Of a DNA stretch of 64,000 bases, positions 39,201 to 46,465 are shown in pieces. This DNA comes from a bacterium (GTDB lineage: Bacteria > UBA10199 > 2-02-FULL-44-16 > JAAZCA01). The notes under the pieces are model-generated. The model was not told where the DNA came from. It did no database searches and saw only the letters and a program-made list of their open reading frames with translations. Location of the stretch: positions 680,929 to 744,928 of the forward strand of contig CAXXGI010000001.1 of NCBI GenBank assembly GCA_963674695.2, in the 5' to 3' direction. Both the position numbers and the translations under genes were made by a program. Positions within the stretch are counted from its first letter, which is position 1. Every line of letters starts with the position of its first letter.

Positions 39201-39847
39201 TCGTCCTTCATCAGGAGATAGGCATCACGTCCTTGCAACCAATCCTCGCCAGAGCTATCCTTAAATGCCTTATGAAAGCGCTCCAGTACACCTTTAGAGA
39301 GTAAATACCGCTCCATCTCGGCAATATGTGGAGCTTCGCCACAGAAACCCTGCATTTCATTAAAAACCCGTAAAAAGACACGAAGGATGGCATCTCGCCC
39401 CTCCTTTTGATCGGCTTTGCTGTCGATATTAAAGAGAATAACGTCTGTGTCTGATGCCACCCCTCTCTTGATGTCGCCGAGCAACATTGGATCTTCATCC
39501 AACTTCGTTTCAAAGAAGCTTATTGCTTTACGACCCTCATTTGTATCGGGATGTATCGTCGTTCGGTTCGCCAGGAGATAAGAAAGAAGCTTAATGAAGT
39601 GCGATTTTCCAGAACCAAAAAAACCGGAAACCCATACCCCCATTTGAGATGTAATGGCAGGATCCTTGGGATTATCCATTGCCGCTAAGTAGGCATCGAA
39701 GAATCCGCGGAAATGGTTGGCTAACTCTCTCGTTACAACATATTCATCCAACTCCTGCCATACAATGGAATCATCCTGTTGATCCGCCTTGACGACTCCG
39801 TTGATCGACCTGAATATGTTTTTGGAAAATATCTCTTTAATCCTCAT
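36293..39847 (-). CDS. brxC: BREX P-loop ATPase BrxC
   Basis: 1184 aa. Walker A GFFGSGKSHF and Walker B-like IIFLVDEMGQ. Position between brxB and pglX. Confidence 0.9.
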   Translation of the reverse strand: MRIKEIFSKNIFRSINGVVKADQQDDSIVWQELDEYVVTRELANHFRGFFDAYLAAMDNPKDPAITSQMGVWVSGFFGSGKSHFIKLLSYLLANRTTIHPDTNEGRKAISFFETKLDEDPMLLGDIKRGVASDTDVILFNIDSKADQKEGRDAILRVFLRVFNEMQGFCGEAPHIAEMERYLLSKGVLERFHKAFKDSSGEDWLQGRDAYLLMKDEVVKALSQALDKSQESAAEWFEKAEKSHVLNIEKFASQVNEYLASKGPNHRIIFLVDEMGQFIGQNTHLMLNLQTITEDLGMMCTGRAWVVVTSQEDIDRVLGEVRGAQANDFSKIQGRFNTRLSLSSSNTDEVIQRRLLSKTDDASKELDTLFEKKGEIIKHQLSFTGGATLERYREKNDFIINYPFAPYQFQLVQKIFESIRKAGATGLHLSRGERSMLDAFQAAAKSVSEEEVGALVPLYEFYPSIESFLDTTVKKTVDQAKDNRSLNHFDVQLLRTLFLIRYVDIIKSNIDNLVTLFIDGVDADRLEIKREIQESLVRLEKETLISRNGDLYFFLTNEERDVGREIKNVDVAASDEARLLSTIIYDDVLKNENKYRYPVNRSDYSLNRLCDGHPHGRVDQDLTIEVITPLNDDFSNHDNSQCIMHSTEDSGKALIKLPDKKELGGELRTYLQVEKYIRLKSDASAPDSLKEILRKMAGENGARRERLVEMLGTLLTEADYYALGQTLPLTSSNARTVLYDISKYMVENIYTKLNYLNALQEEPQREIRSVLMTNDIGQYVIKLEGAEGNAQALREVKQFIDLSASRNHRIALNELVDRFKGRPFGWPEWETVLLIARLFVAGEIVLAMDGGVLEPKQAVEPLTKSAKWKLVTILKRKAVGAEELKVASNACQKIFSKIGPDSEDALYAFIHDRLTGWSDKLKEYKPLADTENYPGKEEIDEGLNVLGKALSISDSYEFFKTFTEDKEVLASLSENIHELNDFYANQKSTWERLRTAMDGSFRPNRQELAKDPEASKALARMDEILASAKPYGMLKEVDELIAGATTINNALVKSAQDNSLAVLEGYISRISERLDECKAPDDLRNQSLKPLQDIKKQIEQGKNIPGVFYCEAQAREQFENSLSGIEEEEVRKGDGKEPTKPVTLVSPSSLVTKSYLETEADVDAYLNVLRDNLISAVKKGRVRIQ

Positions 39848-39865
39848 ATAACATCTCCCTGGGAA

Positions 39866-40441
39866 TCATGTGACGAGCCTAAAAGCACGATAGTAGTTAT
39901 CATCTTTCAGTCGACCAAAAAGCCTTAGGCTTTGGCCGTCATATATTCCCGGATAAAACATAACGAGTGGAGTTCTTGACATCAAAGAATGCAGGTTATT
40001 CAAAAGCGTGTGTGATCTCAAAAGCGGCCATGCATTTCCTACTCCTGAGACGATAACAATATCGCTATTGTCGGGATCAGCCACTTCAACGAACACCTTC
40101 GCGAGCTTTCCCTCGCTTAATGGACCTACGAGGGCAGCACGAAGCGCTTCGTCTCCTTTTTCCTTTTGAAGCTTCAGAGATTTCTCCAGCAGATTCCTTT
40201 TTTCCAGATGACCGATTATGAGCTTGAAGAGATTTATGTGAATCACTTTAAGGTCGGGCCTTTTCATTGTGAAGTATGCAAGGATGACATCCATATATTC
40301 TCGAATCGCCAATTCCTCTTCCGGGGGATAATCGAATACATAAAAACCTATTTCATTACCCAGCCCCGAGTTATCCAGAAACTCTTGAGATTCAAGGCGA
40401 GGAATTACTTCATTTAACCTTTGCTTCAATTCTTCATTCAT
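39866..40441 (-). CDS. brxB: BREX protein BrxB (DUF1788)
   Basis: 191 aa with the IGFYVFDYPPEEELAIREY signature. 4-nt overlap with brxA. Confidence 0.85.
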   Translation of the reverse strand: MNEELKQRLNEVIPRLESQEFLDNSGLGNEIGFYVFDYPPEEELAIREYMDVILAYFTMKRPDLKVIHINLFKLIIGHLEKRNLLEKSLKLQKEKGDEALRAALVGPLSEGKLAKVFVEVADPDNSDIVIVSGVGNAWPLLRSHTLLNNLHSLMSRTPLVMFYPGIYDGQSLRLFGRLKDDNYYRAFRLVT

Positions 40442-41037
40442 TGCCCGATCTCCATACAGCGAAGCACGTACTTCTCATTGTTATCAATAAGGTAACGACA
40501 CATCTCAGGGGCGACTCTATGAGGCAGCAAATTCATTCTTCTTGTGCTGTCGATATATTTTGCCTCCGCCAAAATTCTAAAAACAACCTGCCTGAGTTTT
40601 CTCTTGGTCGTTTCTGACAGATCGCCAAGCGAGCTGTCGCGATGTTCACACTCTTCAAAATAATCAGTCCAGTCGCGTGCGGATAATTGTTTGTTGAATG
40701 TGCGCCAGTGATCTCGGACGACGTCTCTCATAAAATCACCGAGCAAATGACTGTGTTTTATTGAAGCAGCCAGCAATGCCTGTGTTGCGATCTCGGCTGA
40801 GCCGCTGGCTACAAGCTTCCAAAAATCGGGCGTCATCAATTCCAGACGATTGCGGATGAGTCTCGCCATTCGCTTCGCACTGGGTGGGGATTTCTTTTGG
40901 AGAACATTATCTACTATCACAGCCTTGTGCCAGCCCTGCTCATCCATTCCCTTGATCAGCAATTTGGCGATCCTCTGGCTTTCCCGCATCAAAAGTGAAC
41001 CAGCTGATATTTCTGCATTGTACCGTGATTTTTTCAT
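40438..41037 (-). CDS. brxA: BREX protein BrxA (DUF1819)
   Basis: 199 aa, RYNAEISAGSLLMRESQRIAKLL...NVLQKKSPPSAKRMARLIRNRLELM. First gene of the locus. Confidence 0.85.
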   Translation of the reverse strand: MKKSRYNAEISAGSLLMRESQRIAKLLIKGMDEQGWHKAVIVDNVLQKKSPPSAKRMARLIRNRLELMTPDFWKLVASGSAEIATQALLAASIKHSHLLGDFMRDVVRDHWRTFNKQLSARDWTDYFEECEHRDSSLGDLSETTKRKLRQVVFRILAEAKYIDSTRRMNLLPHRVAPEMCRYLIDNNEKYVLRCMEIGQ

Positions 41038-41518
41038 GTTCTTTTTACAATTCCTAATCGGTCACCGTTGATTCGTCCAACGGATAAGCTATCCATCACC
41101 TCGCCACCAAATGCACCCTAAACACCCGTAAAGCGTAGCGCGCATCTCGGGAGGCGTAAAACGGGAACTGATCAAGGGTAAATCATTTTCCTGTTCTGCT
41201 TTTTGAACAGAGCTCCCCGAACTATGAATAGGGTTCACGTCCGGGCCTTCATGAAATTGAAATATATGCATATTATTTCATGCATTATGATAATAGACAT
41301 TCTCTTAACATGCTGTATTTACAGGATATTATTAATTTCTCTCCTTTTATTCATTGATGCTTAATAAATGCGTCAGCGGAAAATCGCACTCGGTGTCAGT
41401 AATATCAAGCACTTATTGTGCGTGAGAAGAAGGGGGGACATGGGATCTTCTCCGCCACAAAACCGCCGGACATGGCCATTTTAAGCGGGGATGACACCGG
41501 TCTGAAATCCGTTTTATT

Positions 41519-41917
41519 TCAATGCCAACACGGCGCGGTTGAAAAACCTCCGCAGGGTGCTGTCGACAGGCCACCGCCCGGTGCGGTGGAGAGCCCACCA
41601 CCTGGTGCGGTTGAGAGGCCTCCTCCTGGGGCCGTCGAGCGCCCACCGCCTGGTGCCGTTGAAAGACCTCCACCCGGCGCCGTTGAAAGCCCACCGCCTG
41701 GTGCTGTTGACAGCCCACCGCCCGGGGCGGTTGAGAGCCCACCACCGGGGGCCGTTGACAGACCTCCGCCGGGAGCCGTCGAGAGACCACCACCGGGTGC
41801 GGTCGACAGCCCGCTGCGGATGCCGTAGTTCTTCCAGCCCTGGGCCTGGGCCGGCCCGGCGATCGCGACGAGGGTGACGAGTGCGAGCGCAAACAGCATT
41901 CCATTCATGATCTTCAT
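41519..41917 (-). CDS. secreted octapeptide-repeat protein, copy 1 (12 x [L/R/F]STAP[G/C]GG)
   Basis: ATG at 41917 with an AGGAGG SD. Sec signal peptide MKIMNGMLFALALVTLVAIAGPAQA, then QGWKNYGIRSG, then 12 exact 8-aa units ending LSTAPCGG-FSTAPCWH. 132 aa. Confidence 0.75.
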   Translation of the reverse strand: MKIMNGMLFALALVTLVAIAGPAQAQGWKNYGIRSGLSTAPGGGLSTAPGGGLSTAPGGGLSTAPGGGLSTAPGGGLSTAPGGGLSTAPGGGRSTAPGGGLSTAPGGGLSTAPGGGLSTAPCGGFSTAPCWH

Positions 41918-41963
41918 GGGGCCTCCTTGTCTGTTCCCGTTGATACCAGTCTTGCACATGCGT

Positions 41964-42122
41964 GTGTCAGGGAAGGACGTGGGGGTGGGGAGAAATCTTT
42001 CTGGATCCCCGATTCAAGCACTCCCGCCAGAGGCGGGCAAGCGGGGATGACAGAAATAAGGCGGGATGACAAGGCGTGGGGGAGCACAAGACTGGATCCC
42101 CGATTCCATCACTCGGGGATAA
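41964..42122. repeat. REP-like palindromic unit cluster (GGATCCCCGATT...GGGGATGACA)
   Basis: Units at 42001-42052 and 42091-42120. The leader GTGTGTCAGGGAAGGACGTGGGGGTGGGG recurs at 46173-46200. Confidence 0.6.
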
Positions 42123-42252
42123 CGGGTGTGGGGGGTGGGAGGAATGTGAATATGCAATATGAAGATGCCACCTGCAAATTACATACCTCTCCTGCAAAGG
42201 AAAGGCGTCAGACGAAGTGAACTGAGTTCCATCTTCATGACTACTTCACCTT

Positions 42253-42816
42253 TCAAGAGAAGGGCCAATGGCCTACATCATCAAATGCTTCGAGATCATC
42301 CTCGATATACTGTCCTGATTGACAATCAGTTCCCCAACAACCTCCGTTTGTATCCAGGGCACCGCAATTTGCGTATGGAGGCTCGGTAGACGGCGTTTTG
42401 TCCGAAGATCTCCAATACACGCCCTTCTCACCACACCCTTCCAGGTAATACAGTCCCTCCGATCCTCGGTACACCGCCGTTGTTTCACATGGGGCCCGCC
42501 ACGGCATAACGTCCAGAACATAGCTTTCATCGAGTATGACCTTACGGAGCTTATGTTCTCCACGCATGACGTGGAGGAAACAGACAAGACAGAGCAGTTT
42601 ATGAGGATGAAAAGTGGAATGCTTTGCAGGCCTATGTAATGCAGAATATATTGCCAACATCCCGTTATAGCATTTGGCATTTCCTTCATACACGTACGAC
42701 GGAAGTGATACCGTACCAGGAAGCTCAGCATCACACACGTAAATAGAGTATTCCAGCGGTTTGTCCGTTACGTATCTGTCAGAAAAGACATTCATATCGA
42801 TATCCCTGCTCATCAT
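42253..42816 (-). CDS. hypothetical Cys/Trp/Tyr-rich protein (about 187 aa)
   Basis: The first ATG (42816) lies 2 nt after the stop of the upstream gene. No recognisable domain. C-terminal CGALDTNGGCWGTDC. Confidence 0.5.
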   Translation of the reverse strand: MMSRDIDMNVFSDRYVTDKPLEYSIYVCDAELPGTVSLPSYVYEGNAKCYNGMLAIYSALHRPAKHSTFHPHKLLCLVCFLHVMRGEHKLRKVILDESYVLDVMPWRAPCETTAVYRGSEGLYYLEGCGEKGVYWRSSDKTPSTEPPYANCGALDTNGGCWGTDCQSGQYIEDDLEAFDDVGHWPFS

Positions 42817-42818
42817 GC

Positions 42819-43241
42819 TCACTTCTTCTTGATCACTCGATCAAGTTCTGCACGAGCAATGTCGATGTCGCCTGCCAGGAGATCTGTTGCAAGAATTTCA
42901 GCGTGGCCATCATTGTAGAGCTCGTGGACCTGAACAAATATGCTTTCAACGATTTTTTCCGGATTCAACGCAACAAGGACGAATCGCCACCAGCAATGCG
43001 GACAGCCACACTCCTGTACGGTAAATTTATAGACCCAAAGCCCCTCCCCACACGGCAGGGCATAGTGATACTGAGGACTTCCCTGGTCATACCACGTTTC
43101 TGTACTTGCCGATGCGTCAAACCGGCCGCCGATGTAGCCTTTTGCCCACGAAGGAACGGGTGGATATTTTCTGCCGGTTTTCTTTTTGGCTGGATTCTTC
43201 TTAACTACCTTTTTCTTCACCGCCTTTTTGTTTTCCACCAT
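42819..43241 (-). CDS. hypothetical protein with Lys-rich N-terminus (about 140 aa)
   Basis: ATG 43241 lies 6 nt after a GGAGG. N-terminus KKAVKKKVVKKNPAKKKTGRK, then ECGCPHCWW. Coupled to 42253..42816. Confidence 0.5.
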   Translation of the reverse strand: MVENKKAVKKKVVKKNPAKKKTGRKYPPVPSWAKGYIGGRFDASASTETWYDQGSPQYHYALPCGEGLWVYKFTVQECGCPHCWWRFVLVALNPEKIVESIFVQVHELYNDGHAEILATDLLAGDIDIARAELDRVIKKK

Positions 43242-43282
43242 AAACATCCTCCGATTCCTTCAGCCGGCCAACTTCGTTTCAT

Positions 43283-43385
43283 TCAAAAGCCTCACTGCAA
43301 ATGATCCGCGCCAAGTCATTGAATGACGTCGCGCCCGAATCATTGCGTCGACACCAGCGCGCCACATGCTCGTCGGAGGCGAGAA
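43283..43385 (-). pseudogene. relic of an HNH-endonuclease 3' end (paralog of 24918..26036)
   Basis: About 85 nt (43301-43385) are about 90% identical to 25067-25149. In frame they encode LASDEHVARWCRRNDSGATSFNDLARI (intact gene: LASDEHVARWCRRNDTGTTSFNDLARI). Nothing homologous lies upstream. Confidence 0.6.
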
Positions 43386-43856
43386 TAAAGTTTGCTTCGT
43401 CTGTTGGGTCCCTTCTACTTTACCTATTTTTTTCTTCACTATCGACAAAACGCGTATGCGTAATTCCAATAACGAAGTATAGGCACGGCATCTTTTGGTT
43501 ATACCGACACTCGAAAATGATTGACTCAACCAATCACAATCTTTCGAGAAGCGTGGCCTTTCTTTTGTTAGCGAATACACCCCCCACATCTTAGCATTCG
43601 AATAAGCACCGGTAGCATAGAATGTTAGGGCATATCCCGCCGATCTCAGTTCAACGGAAAAATCCCGGGCCGCCGTGGCCAAAGCCATGTTCTCGGTGAC
43701 ACGGCTACTGATTTCTGGCGTAACATTGTCATCACATTTGCGGTTCCCTTTTTCCATTGAAACTCCATTCCCGTATCGATTCTTTTCATCCAAAATACCC
43801 GACACAAAGGAACGCCAAATGTCATCCTCCTAACAGCCAGCTTTTTATCATTGATA

Positions 43857-44672
43857 TTACGCATCAGTCTGTTCCAAACGCACGATTAAAGTGCCCAACT
43901 CGCTGATAAGCGGGTGTGCCCAGTGTTCACGCGCCATTTTCAGCACCTCTTTTTCAAACCACACCTTCTTGTCTTTGCCACGATTAAATTTCTTCCATAG
44001 ATTTGGGCCCTCTTTTTCATATTGCGCGAAAAATGAGTGCAGGTTTGAAATCTTGTCCGCAACGCTCACGGCAATGGCCCTTTCGCCACCTGCCCTGACA
44101 GTCTCAATGTACCGTGTCTTCTTTCGTTCCCAGTCCTTGAGATCATTCATCGATTCGTCATTCGTCACCGCCTTCACAATCCTGAGCACCTCATCACCGC
44201 AGGCACTCCAAATCTCTTCTTCCGCGCACTCCGTGTCCTCCAGCAAATCGTGGCAGTAGCCAGCCGCGATCACTTCTGGACCAAACTCACTCTTCCACAA
44301 CCGTCGGCCCACATCCAGCACATGTTCCATGTATGGATGCCCATCCCCCTTACGTTTTGCGCCCGAATGGTGCTTCACAATAAGAGGAATGGAATTGAAA
44401 ATCTCTTGCGAAACAAGTGTAGAGCTCGCGCGAAAGAGTTCCCTTGCCTCGGTATATATGATGAATTCGTAACCACCATCTTCGCCCTTCTGGAGCCAAT
44501 TGTCATAGGATTTCATTTTCGGATTCTCATGAATAAAACCACCGACCGCCGTCCGTAGCATGTGATCCAAATCCACACCCTCCTCAAGGATTGCATATCG
44601 TTCATCATCGAAAAAATCAGCTGTTGGTATGGCATCTGTGACATCGATTTTTGCCAATGTGTACATAGGCAT
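43857..44672 (-). CDS. HD-domain hydrolase, RelA/SpoT-hydrolase (small alarmone hydrolase)-like
   Basis: ATG 44672 lies 6 nt after AGGGGG. HHSGAKRKGDGHPYMEHVLDV...AAGYCHDLLEDT matches the SpoT-type HD signature (H..RK...PY..H...V...LHD..EDT). An extra N-terminal region of about 100 aa is present. Confidence 0.8.
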   Translation of the reverse strand: MPMYTLAKIDVTDAIPTADFFDDERYAILEEGVDLDHMLRTAVGGFIHENPKMKSYDNWLQKGEDGGYEFIIYTEARELFRASSTLVSQEIFNSIPLIVKHHSGAKRKGDGHPYMEHVLDVGRRLWKSEFGPEVIAAGYCHDLLEDTECAEEEIWSACGDEVLRIVKAVTNDESMNDLKDWERKKTRYIETVRAGGERAIAVSVADKISNLHSFFAQYEKEGPNLWKKFNRGKDKKVWFEKEVLKMAREHWAHPLISELGTLIVRLEQTDA

Positions 44673-44919
44673 TGTAATCCCCCTCATGAACTGGATGACT
44701 TCAGGAGCTAGGACGTTTGTGAAATCTTCGAGGCTTTCATCCTTGAGCCAGAAGAGATCGCGGTTCACCTTTTCGCGCCAACCTGAAATCGCACCCGATG
44801 CCGGTAATATCAAGCGCTTATTGGGCGCTGCGGAGCAATGGATATGGGATCCCCTGCCGCCAAACCGGCGGGCACAATCCGCTTCACGGGAATGACACCA
44901 TTCTGAAATCCGTTTTGGC

Positions 44920-45318
44920 CTAATGCCAACACGGCGCGGTGGACAGTCCGCCGCAGGGGGCGGTGGAAAGGCCGCCACCGGGGGCTGTCGAGAGGCCCCC
45001 GCCGGGTGCCGTCGACAATCCTCCGCCTGGTGCGGTTGAGAGCCCACCACCTGGTGCGGTTGATAATCCCCCGCCCGGAGCGGTTGAGAGCCCACCACCG
45101 GGTGCCGTTGACAATCCTCCGCCCGGGGCTGTTGAAAGGCCACCCCCCGGTGCGGTGGACAATCCGCCGCCTGGCGCTGTGGACAGTCCACCACCGGGCG
45201 CGGTCGACAGCCCGCTGCGGATGCCGTAGTTCTTCCAGCCCTGCGCCTGGGCCGGCCCGGCGAGCGCGACGATGGTGACGAGTGCGAGCGCAAACAGCAT
45301 TCCATTCATGATCTTCAT
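44920..45318 (-). CDS. secreted octapeptide-repeat protein, copy 2
   Basis: Same 132-aa architecture as 41519..41917 (signal peptide, QGWKNYGIRSG, 12 octads, C-terminal STAPCWH). AGGAGG SD. Confidence 0.75.
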   Translation of the reverse strand: MKIMNGMLFALALVTIVALAGPAQAQGWKNYGIRSGLSTAPGGGLSTAPGGGLSTAPGGGLSTAPGGGLSTAPGGGLSTAPGGGLSTAPGGGLSTAPGGGLSTAPGGGLSTAPGGGLSTAPCGGLSTAPCWH

Positions 45319-45350
45319 ATGGCCTCCTCTCAAAACCTGTTTCAATCGAG

Positions 45351-45440
45351 ATCCCCGATTACCCCACTCCCGCCAGAGGCGGGCAAGCGGGGATGACAGA
45401 AGCGGAAGTCCCGGGGATGACAACCGTAAGGGCCCCCGGG
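45351..45440. repeat. REP-like palindromic units
   Basis: ATCCCCGATTACCCCACTCCCGCCAGAGGCGGGCAAGCGGGGATGACA, followed by two more GGGGATGAC cores. Confidence 0.5.
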
Positions 45441-45523
45441 GATGACCGGCGTGCAGATGCGGGGCTGTTTGTGTTGAAATCCGCCACGCATCCGTTTGTT
45501 TCCACGAACTATAGCGCAAAAGA

Positions 45524-46132
45524 TCATCGCCGATACTTATTGCCCTTTTTGCTCGGCACAACCTGGACGTCGTCTTCGCCCGCCCCGGCGGCATTAAACT
45601 TGGCAGCCGATGCCTGCGCAGCGGCTGCCGCCTCCTTCTCCTCCGCCTTCTTCGCCGCTTTTTGCTCCTTCAAGCTCGGCCCTTTGTCCTCATACACGAT
45701 CGTCCTGCCGCTGATCGCCTGCAACTCCTGGGCGAATGCGAAGCCATATTTCTTCTTCGTCTGGATGGTGATGCTGTCCTTCATGCCGTTCGCGGTCATG
45801 TACTCGATGCCGAAGTTGTCGCGTTTCTTTTTGGCGAAGAGCATGAAGAGAAAAACCGGCGCCAAGACCACTGCCGTAGCAACACTCTCAGCCACGCGCC
45901 GACGCGCATACTCACCGCCGGCAAGGGCTGTAATGCTATCGCCCGAGATCGTGCGATTGAGTTCTTTGAGCGACTTCGACTTATAGGCGACTGTGAGAAC
46001 GCCGTTATCGATCTCTACCTTGCAGCTGCTGAACTTCCCCTTTTTATTGATGCACTCTGCCTCATAGGCGTAGCTTGCCGTGGACGACATCAATAATAGG
46101 AAACACACTGTCAGACACACAATCCTCTTCAT
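45524..46132 (-). CDS. secreted/membrane protein, unknown function (202 aa)
   Basis: Signal peptide MKRIVCLTVCFLLLMSSTASYA, one internal hydrophobic helix (VATAVVLAPVFLFMLFA) and an Ala/Lys/Glu-rich tail. Confidence 0.6.
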   Translation of the reverse strand: MKRIVCLTVCFLLLMSSTASYAYEAECINKKGKFSSCKVEIDNGVLTVAYKSKSLKELNRTISGDSITALAGGEYARRRVAESVATAVVLAPVFLFMLFAKKKRDNFGIEYMTANGMKDSITIQTKKKYGFAFAQELQAISGRTIVYEDKGPSLKEQKAAKKAEEKEAAAAAQASAAKFNAAGAGEDDVQVVPSKKGNKYRR

Positions 46133-46172
46133 GAATACCTCCCGTGTGGGTTGCAGGGAAATATTAGCCCAG

Positions 46173-46390
46173 GGGTGTGTCAGGGAAGGTCGTGGGTGGG
46201 GGGAATTTCAAGGGATCCCTCCACTCGCTCTGCTCGGTCGGGATGACAACGACGGGGCTGGATCCCCGATTACACCACTCCCGCCAGAGGCGGGCAAGCG
46301 GGGATGACAGGCGTGGGGGCAGGCGGGGGTGACACAAGCTGGGGGCCTCGGAGATGACGGGGGATCCTTCGCTTCACTCAGGATGACAAG
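46173..46390. repeat. REP-like palindromic unit cluster
   Basis: At least three units, each ending in GGATGACA or GGGGATGACA (46212-46248, 46258-46310, 46361-46388). Confidence 0.55.
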
Positions 46391-46465
46391 CGCTAGGTCT
46401 CCCCCACCCCAGCCCTCCCCCCTCCACACAACCGGCGGGCATGCTTACAACGGGGAGGGGGTTTT

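Noticed and set aside
41530-41820. Regular 24-nt periodic repeats (also at 44940-45230) that could be mistaken for a CRISPR array or a plus-strand PPPGAVE-repeat ORF (41418..41828, 44939..45229).
   Set aside because: The units are contiguous with no spacers, and they are the coding repeats of the minus-strand secreted proteins, which have an AGGAGG SD, a signal peptide and a defined C-terminus. The plus-strand ORFs are mirror-frame artefacts without start context.
43260-43805. A 181-aa ORF between the orphan pair and the HD hydrolase.
   Set aside because: Its C-terminal third is an out-of-frame translation of the HNH relic (the same FSPPTSMWRAGVDAMIR peptide appears in the spurious ORF 24872..25273). 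The remaining N-terminal part has no motif or convincing start, so it is probably a decayed fragment. I have not called it as a gene.
43857-45305. A 482-aa ORF spanning the HD hydrolase, the hsdM-like relic and an alternative frame of repeat-protein gene 2.
   Set aside because: It is chimeric. The N-terminal ~200 aa are an out-of-frame read of the octapeptide-repeat gene plus intergenic sequence. A good SD/ATG for the HD protein sits at 44672.
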